Positions 57,779 to 64,000 of a DNA stretch of 64,000 nt are shown here, piece by piece. Positions within the stretch are counted from its first letter, which is position 1, and the number at the start of each line of letters is the position of its first letter. Source of the stretch: Candidatus Zhuqueibacterota bacterium (lineage in GTDB: Bacteria > Zhuqueibacterota > Zhuqueibacteria > Thermofontimicrobiales > Thermofontimicrobiaceae); contig JBMOPW010000034.1 of assembly GCA_049322915.1 (NCBI GenBank), positions 351,670-415,669 of the forward strand. Reading direction: 5' to 3'. The notes under the pieces were generated by a model that was not told the DNA's origin, did no database searches, and was given only the letters and a program-made list of their open reading frames with translations. The position numbers and the translations under genes were made by a program.

Positions 57779-60622
57779 TTAGTCCAAAAATAATTCATGA
57801 ACTTCTTTCAGCGAAACGTTGACTTTCGGATTGAACTGATCTCCGGACATGTAGTGTGACAGGCTGTGCAAAAGTTGCCTGGCTTCAGGGCGATGCTCCT
57901 GTTCCGACAGTAAGTCGATTCCCGAGATCAATAATTTACCGGCGCCAATCTTCACTTCAAATATCAATGCGAGACGGCGGTTCTGAAACCAGTCATCGAT
58001 GACGCGAACGATTGGCTGCAATTCAGGAGTAAATTCATCCAGAATGATGGCATTGGAATGGCTCATGGCATCCCACCACTGCCAGTTGGAATGATACTCA
58101 GTCGGAAACTTCGCAAGGGCAGGATGCTCAGGAGTGCAGAGAATCCCAAGTGTGTGTGGCTCCTGACCGCTCGTCCAGGCGGTATTCCAGAAAATGCTCG
58201 AAAATCCGATCCCAATATCACCGCCCATTTCCGGTTTAACGCTTCCCTTTATTGGCGTGAGTAAAACGCTGCCGCCACTTTCCAGATATTCAATTGTTGA
58301 ACTGTCCAATCGTTGTACAATGCGTATGTGATCGTCTTTCACCGTATCTATAAGTTTGGCTGGATAGACCCACAAGTCCCAACTGTTCTCATGTCCGGCG
58401 ACTGCAACGCGTAATACCAGCTTTTGCGGGTGAACCAGTTGATCGACAGCGACTTCGATCCGACCAAGTTTTATTTCATTGCCAATAGGGATGTCTGTTT
58501 GTTTCAGCGTGCCTGATGCAATGGTTTCATTGGCTGTATTGGAAATTCTCCATTCAGGATGAACGTCTTTCAATGGTTTCTCGCCGAAGTGAGCGACCTC
58601 AATATCTGCTGCAATTTTTTCGTTGTTTAAAAAAATTCTCTTCTCCAACCGGGCTAATGGGACCGTGGGGCTGCAAAATCGACTGAATTCCATGGGCGAG
58701 ATATATCCTTTTTCTTCCCAGAAAGCATTCAACACGCCCACCAACGCTGTCCCCTGGCCGGGAAAATCGTGCAAGTCGAGAAGCTGGAATCCGGCAAATC
58801 CGGGGGTTCTCAAAGCAGCTTCGATGTCCGCTTTATAACAAAGCGCCTGCAATTTTCCTGACGCCAACAGAAATTGTTCAGCCAGATGACCAAGATGATT
58901 TTCTTCCAGAGTTTCCTTGAATATTTCAAAATTCTTTGCCTGTAACACGCCTTTATATTTTTCAATTTCCTTAAAATCGGGATAAACGCACCATTGGCCG
59001 ATTTCATGACTGACGTACGGCATGGAAATTTTGTTGATAATCTCCCGGAAATCAAACAATGTCTGGGGAGCGTTTTTGTTAATAATGCTGTTTACACCTG
59101 CTCCCCACAACTGAATGCGTGGCTGATAATCATTGAAGTAATCGGCATTTTCAATAAAAGGCCAGCCGGCAGCTCCGGTATAAACCCTTCGGGAATCTTG
59201 CTCCTTCCATGTACTGACGAATTTAGTCAAATAGTCGGTTTGATGGGCGCCTGCCGGTTCGTTGCCATAGGCCATCATACAAAATGACGGATGATTGCCA
59301 TAAAAATCCAGGATATGGTTGGCTTCGTCATACATCCATTTATCGATCGGTTTGCCATCGCCCAGGCTCGAACCGCTGTTTGCCCAACTGGAGCATTCGA
59401 CCTGCAGGTAAATTCCCTCGTTATCTGCTGCTACAAATGCAGCTTCCGGCGGGCACCAGGAATGGAAGCGCATGTGATTTAATCCATGGGCTTTTATAGT
59501 TTTGAAAATCCGCGTCCATTCAGCGACATCCATAGCAGGATAGCCTGTCTTCGGGAAAATGGCGCATTCCAATGTGCCGCGAAGAAAAACTGGCCGACCA
59601 TTCACGGAGAATCGCGTATCGTTGGTTTTGAATTCGCGCATCCCGAAACTTACACTCCTGGAGTCCACGCCGCCATGTGATTCAAGGATGATATTCATGG
59701 AATAAAGGTTCGGGTGGAATTCATCCCACAATAATGGCGAGTCGCTCATCGGGTAAATAAATTCGACAAGCTCATCTTGCTCAATGGTTATTTCCTTTGA
59801 AATCGTTCCCGGATTATGTTGGACAGAACCGTTGTAGCTTTCTGCCTTAGCGGTTATTGTGCAGGATTGCTGGCCGCCGGTGGCGTTTTTCACCCCAACT
59901 TTTATGACAACATGCTTATTATTGATATCCGGAAAAAGCTTAATCTCCTTCAAATGGACAAGCGGTTTTGCCGCGACTTCGATCCTGCCAACAATTCCAT
60001 TCCAGTTTGATTGTGTGTGATCAGATATACTGTGGGAATTGATCCCGGGATTGATATCGTTGATCCTGTTATCGACTCTGATACTGAGCCTGTGTCGCCC
60101 GGGAGAAAGATGCGATGTCAGATCGTAGACATGCGCTGTTGCGAGGCTGTTCCGCATACCGATCCACTGCTCATCGATCCATACCTGGCTCTCCCAGTGG
60201 CAACGTTCCAGAAATAGTTCTATGGCTTTGTTATTCCAGTCCGCCGGGATTTCTATCTCTTTCTGATACCATGCAATACCGACAAAATGTTTGCGAGGCT
60301 GTAGCCAGAATGGGATTTTAATATTACCTGGCTGTCGGTAGCGTTCATATTTTGCATCCGTGTACCAGGACGTGTCGATGATCTGGCCGGTCCACTCGGT
60401 ATTCACAGAAACATCATTACCTTTGCCATTTTCAGCCATCGATCCCGGCAGCTTTACACGATCTGTTAAGCGTTGGTTGTACCATTTTTCAGCAATGCCC
60501 GTATCAAGCGAATCGATCTGAAATTTCCACTCGCCGAATATATTCATAGAAGAATCAGTATTTTTGGTACACGTGTTTAAAAGCAAAACGAAAGCGACAA
60601 TCAATAAACTTGATTTCTTCAT
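57779..60622 (-). CDS. Glycoside hydrolase family 2, probable lipoprotein
   Basis: LNTC lipobox-like; WYQKEIEIP, LERCHWES, NWNGIVG, LWDEFHPNLY, FGMREF, NGRPVFLRG, GLNHMRFHSW, NHPSF..MAYGNE, SHEIGQW. Confidence 0.9.
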   Translation of the reverse strand: MKKSSLLIVAFVLLLNTCTKNTDSSMNIFGEWKFQIDSLDTGIAEKWYNQRLTDRVKLPGSMAENGKGNDVSVNTEWTGQIIDTSWYTDAKYERYRQPGNIKIPFWLQPRKHFVGIAWYQKEIEIPADWNNKAIELFLERCHWESQVWIDEQWIGMRNSLATAHVYDLTSHLSPGRHRLSIRVDNRINDINPGINSHSISDHTQSNWNGIVGRIEVAAKPLVHLKEIKLFPDINNKHVVIKVGVKNATGGQQSCTITAKAESYNGSVQHNPGTISKEITIEQDELVEFIYPMSDSPLLWDEFHPNLYSMNIILESHGGVDSRSVSFGMREFKTNDTRFSVNGRPVFLRGTLECAIFPKTGYPAMDVAEWTRIFKTIKAHGLNHMRFHSWCPPEAAFVAADNEGIYLQVECSSWANSGSSLGDGKPIDKWMYDEANHILDFYGNHPSFCMMAYGNEPAGAHQTDYLTKFVSTWKEQDSRRVYTGAAGWPFIENADYFNDYQPRIQLWGAGVNSIINKNAPQTLFDFREIINKISMPYVSHEIGQWCVYPDFKEIEKYKGVLQAKNFEIFKETLEENHLGHLAEQFLLASGKLQALCYKADIEAALRTPGFAGFQLLDLHDFPGQGTALVGVLNAFWEEKGYISPMEFSRFCSPTVPLARLEKRIFLNNEKIAADIEVAHFGEKPLKDVHPEWRISNTANETIASGTLKQTDIPIGNEIKLGRIEVAVDQLVHPQKLVLRVAVAGHENSWDLWVYPAKLIDTVKDDHIRIVQRLDSSTIEYLESGGSVLLTPIKGSVKPEMGGDIGIGFSSIFWNTAWTSGQEPHTLGILCTPEHPALAKFPTEYHSNWQWWDAMSHSNAIILDEFTPELQPIVRVIDDWFQNRRLALIFEVKIGAGKLLISGIDLLSEQEHRPEARQLLHSLSHYMSGDQFNPKVNVSLKEVHELFLD

Positions 60623-60717
60623 TTTTATCTGCCTGTTATTTGATTTGAACAGTTTGAATATTGATTTGACTACTTAAAATCACCTGATTTTTTCTTCAAA
60701 AATAACTCAATGTAGTG

Positions 60718-63192
60718 TCATTTTTTCTTCGTTATCACACCAATTTCAGCGGCTGACGCCCAGGGATTGCCCCGAATTTCGCTCAGCGCGACCAGTTTTA
60801 TGTAACGCGCATCAAAGGCTTCTGTGAAGTGAACAGTCTGTTTAACAGGGTTATTCGTGATATTGTCGAATTCACTTTCAATGATGGTTTCCCATGTTTT
60901 GCCATTTTTGCTGATTGAAAAGATATAATTTTTGATGGTACCGTTATGATTGGCATCATTTCTGGGGGTGTACGTAAAACCGAGGAGCTTTACTTGTTCG
61001 CCCAAATCGATGACAATATGGTGCGGATGTTTCGGCGAATCAGGCCGCCATTGGGTAATCCAGTTCGTGGCCTCATCGCCATCGATTGCACGGCTCGCGG
61101 CTTCATTATTATCAGCCTGCTCGCTGGAGACCTCGACTATTTTCCATTTCGCCGGGCAGATATCGAAAGTTGTAGTTACAGAAGCGCTCTTTTCATTTTT
61201 ATCAGGATGAAATGCGACTGCCTTGACGATGCCGCCTTTGGGCAACGCAACCGGCGTTTGATAAACAGGAGCATCCCGATCCGGTTCAAAGCCATCGATC
61301 GTATAATGAATGATGCCACCAGCAGGATGACACGTGATCGATACATTCCCCAGGCGATCGCGTTTGATGTGCGGACTATTCACCCTCACAGGTTCATAGT
61401 AAATTTCCACATTGCTGATGGTGGGACATACCCTGGATTCGAGCACCCGAATCCTGAGTTTATCTGTCCTAATGGTGCTAAAGCCGCAAATTCGTTTGTA
61501 GCCAACGGTCGTGCCTTCAGCGACCTGTTGCCAGGCGCCCTCAAGCCGGACATCAACTGCAAAACGAGCGATGCGTTGAGAATACTGTTCGATGTGTTCC
61601 TGAATGACAATTCGGTTCATTTGTATTGGTTCAGGCAGTGTAATTTCAACCGACGCGTTCATTTCCCAATCGGGCGGCATCCAGCAGGTTGTCGGATTGC
61701 TATCAAGAATGTTCTGCGCTTCAAAACCTCTCCCCCGATTTTTGGATGCCGTTGCAACAGCGTTCTCAGCAAGATTGTTTTCAAACGTTGACTTTAAAAT
61801 CCGTCCCACACTTTCCAAGACTTTGACATCCGGTTCTGGAAAAAGTCCATCCCGATTTGGAGGAATATTGAGCAGAAACACGCTGTTGCCGCCGACAGAA
61901 CGGTACCAGGTATTCAGAATTTCTTCCGTGGTTTTTACACGCTGCTGTTCATCCCGCCAGAACCAGCCATCCCGTATCGACGTGTTCGTCTCGGCCGGAT
62001 ACCAGTGTAAAAGGCTCCCCTGTTTAAGCGCTGCATTCACTTTCTCAAGCGAGCCCAAATCATCATCCATCATATCGGGCCAATCCCATTCTTCTAACGA
62101 TTTTCCGATGGGAATAACCGACCATTCAGATTCACGCGTTCGCCCGGCTTCGTTACCGCACCAGCGGACATCCGGCCCCTTTCCGAAAATGACAGCATCC
62201 GGCGCCAGATGCCGAATCAGGTCGTACCACCGGGTGTAGGTGTACTGCTGGCCACCCTTTCGTTTCGGATGGGCGCCATCGAACCAGACTTCATGGACAG
62301 GGCCATATTCTGTCAGCAATTCAAAAAGCTGGTTCATGAAATATTCATTGTAATCATCAACCCGATATTTAAATGTTCGTTTATCTTTGAAGGGACGATC
62401 AGGAACAGGACGTGGAATGGCACGCTCCGAATAGCTGCTGCCGTTGCCGTACAATCCATCCGGGTTTTCTATCTGATACAGATCTGCCGGGGACAGGTAG
62501 ATACCCAGTTTCAAACCATATTTCCGGCATGATTCCGCCAGTTCATTAACTACATCTCCCTTCCCGTTTCGCCATGGACTGGATGCGACAGAATGTTTAG
62601 TATATCGCGTCTGCCAGAGACAAAACCCATCGTGATGCTTTGCCGTTATTATTACCATTTTCATACCGGCAGCTTTAATTGCTTCACACCACTGATCCGT
62701 ATCCAATTTTTCGGGCTGAAAAATGGAGGGGTCTTCAAAACCGGTGCCCCATTCACGGCCGGTTAAAGTATTCACGCCAAAATGGATGAAAGAAATGAAT
62801 TCATTATCCTGCCATGCAACCTGCCGTGGATGCGGTTTGCATTCAATCGACTTTAACATTGCTTTTTTTAAATTTTCTATGCTGGATTTTTTCAGGCTCT
62901 TTTCCGTTGATATTTTTTCACTCAGATAAATCTCGTTTACTTCATTGTTCTTAGCTTCCTTTTGAATAGCCTCTGATGCAGAATCCTGAAAAACAGCAGG
63001 CAATTGATTGAAAATCTGGACTGGTTTCTGTGATAGGATCGTTTTGGGAGTGATCATGAAGAGAATCCAGAGAACTCCCCCAATGGTCTGGTGACACAAT
63101 TTATTGGAACGCCAATCAAACATTGCGCTTATGATTTTTCTCTGAAATAGATTTCTCATTTGTGCGACATCCTGTTTTTTTCTGATTTCCAT
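60718..63192 (-). CDS. Alpha-L-fucosidase (GH29) with two F5/8 type C (CBM32-like) and FN3-associated domains
   Basis: FIHFGVNT...EWG, TAKHHDGFCLW, EVWFDGA, DVRWCGNE, SVGGNSVFLLNIPP, IHYTIDG, ASRAIDGD, ASAAEI; exact start uncertain. Confidence 0.92.
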   Translation of the reverse strand: MEIRKKQDVAQMRNLFQRKIISAMFDWRSNKLCHQTIGGVLWILFMITPKTILSQKPVQIFNQLPAVFQDSASEAIQKEAKNNEVNEIYLSEKISTEKSLKKSSIENLKKAMLKSIECKPHPRQVAWQDNEFISFIHFGVNTLTGREWGTGFEDPSIFQPEKLDTDQWCEAIKAAGMKMVIITAKHHDGFCLWQTRYTKHSVASSPWRNGKGDVVNELAESCRKYGLKLGIYLSPADLYQIENPDGLYGNGSSYSERAIPRPVPDRPFKDKRTFKYRVDDYNEYFMNQLFELLTEYGPVHEVWFDGAHPKRKGGQQYTYTRWYDLIRHLAPDAVIFGKGPDVRWCGNEAGRTRESEWSVIPIGKSLEEWDWPDMMDDDLGSLEKVNAALKQGSLLHWYPAETNTSIRDGWFWRDEQQRVKTTEEILNTWYRSVGGNSVFLLNIPPNRDGLFPEPDVKVLESVGRILKSTFENNLAENAVATASKNRGRGFEAQNILDSNPTTCWMPPDWEMNASVEITLPEPIQMNRIVIQEHIEQYSQRIARFAVDVRLEGAWQQVAEGTTVGYKRICGFSTIRTDKLRIRVLESRVCPTISNVEIYYEPVRVNSPHIKRDRLGNVSITCHPAGGIIHYTIDGFEPDRDAPVYQTPVALPKGGIVKAVAFHPDKNEKSASVTTTFDICPAKWKIVEVSSEQADNNEAASRAIDGDEATNWITQWRPDSPKHPHHIVIDLGEQVKLLGFTYTPRNDANHNGTIKNYIFSISKNGKTWETIIESEFDNITNNPVKQTVHFTEAFDARYIKLVALSEIRGNPWASAAEIGVITKKK

Positions 63193-63428
63193 TCAAATTC
63201 ACCGGTTTCGATCCGCAGTCCAGGCCAAAGAAACCAGCAACCTCTACACCGTTGTCCGGATAGACTGACATTTTAGTGCCTTAAAAATAAATTTATGAAC
63301 ACGTCTGGCAGAAAATCACAAATGATAAAATTCAATGCGCCAGAGGACGCACAAGCCTTTAGCTGATGCTAAATAAATTCAAAATTCAAAATTTCAATTT
63401 TCAAAAATTACTGTTGTATCGCTTACCT

Positions 63429-64000
63429 CGAATCACCCTGCCAAAAATCTTCGGGACTCTATTAAGCAAGGCAATGATTCCAACAGAACGTGAAACGCCA
63501 GAAGCCAGACGAAATCTTGAGGCTGCCATCCCCTTCCACAATATTTTCCAATCTCACACATTCCAACCAATCCCCATAATAAGCTAACCCAGCGCAGCCG
63601 AAATCCCGGGGTCGTTCCATTCTTTCCGAAACGAAGTTACCCCAAACCATTTCCATTTTCGAATCACCCTGCCAAAAATCTTCGGGACTCTATTAAGCAA
63701 GGCAATGATTCCAACAGAACGTGAAACGCCAGAAGCCAGACGCCAGACGAAATCTTGAGGCTGCCATCCCCTTCCACAATATTTTCCACTCTCACACATT
63801 CCAATCAATCCCCATAATAAGCTAACCCAGCGCAGCCGAAATCCCGAGGTCGTTCCATTCTTTCCGAAACGACGTTACCCCAAACCATTTCCATTCTCGA
63901 ATCACCCTGCCAAAAATCGTCGGGACTCTATTAAGCAAGGCAATGATTCCAACAGAACGTGAAACGCCAGAAGCCAGACGCCAGACGAAATCTTGAGGCT
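63429..64000. repeat. Long tandem repeat array, units of 231 and 238 bp, at least 2.4 copies, running off the window end
   Basis: CGAATCACCCTGCCAAAAATC starts at 63429, 63660 and 63898; units 2 and 3 carry an extra GCCAGAC heptamer; a few substitutions between copies. Confidence 0.95.

Noticed and set aside
60946..62239. Long antisense ORFs (281 aa, 211 aa) and similar shadow ORFs throughout the window
   Set aside because: They lie opposite confidently identified genes and are expected by-products of codon bias
63366..63808. Short ORFs within the tandem array
   Set aside because: Frames differ between units because of the 7-nt indel; no recognisable protein features
63429..64000. CRISPR array
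   Set aside because: Whole 231-238 bp units repeat with no unique spacers, and no cas genes are in the window

Overview
Bacterial chromosomal window. The NYPNPFNP secretion tail, DUF2723/DUF4837/DUF1844 genes and small palindromic repeats suggest an FCB-superphylum organism such as candidate division KSB1 or Calditrichota (inference). Positions 1-47.6 kb look like core genome: an Rsb-type partner-switching cluster (RsbV, RsbW, two membrane PP2C/SpoIIE phosphatases, a truncated GAF-GAF protein), pgi, two outer-membrane barrels with a TPR-CsgG-like protein, apt, acyP, an M64 peptidase, valS, DUF4139 and recG. Next is a putative protein-glycosylation locus (SAM methyltransferase, GT4, two tandem DUF2723/TMEM260-like GT-C proteins, flippase-like protein, DUF4837 lipoprotein). 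Then come a REC-PAS-PAS protein, NTPase, thioredoxin, SDR, DapA-family aldolase, a secreted PKD/cadherin-like protein behind a sigma54-type promoter, a beta-CASP RNase, a lone AT-rich Ser/Thr kinase, pfkA, elbB and tRNA-Ala(GGC). After the tRNA lies an island-like glycan-utilisation region (IS1634 remnant, GH31, GH38, MFS, manA remnant, SSS, ISL3 remnant, GH2, GH29) ending in a 231-238 bp tandem repeat array that runs off the window. Best candidates for new biology: the dual DUF2723 locus, the orphan kinase, a promoter/terminator-bounded ~140-nt RNA, the structured RNase leader, the pseudo-CPBP-PP2C fusion and the terminal array. All family calls come from motif recognition by eye; no searches were run.
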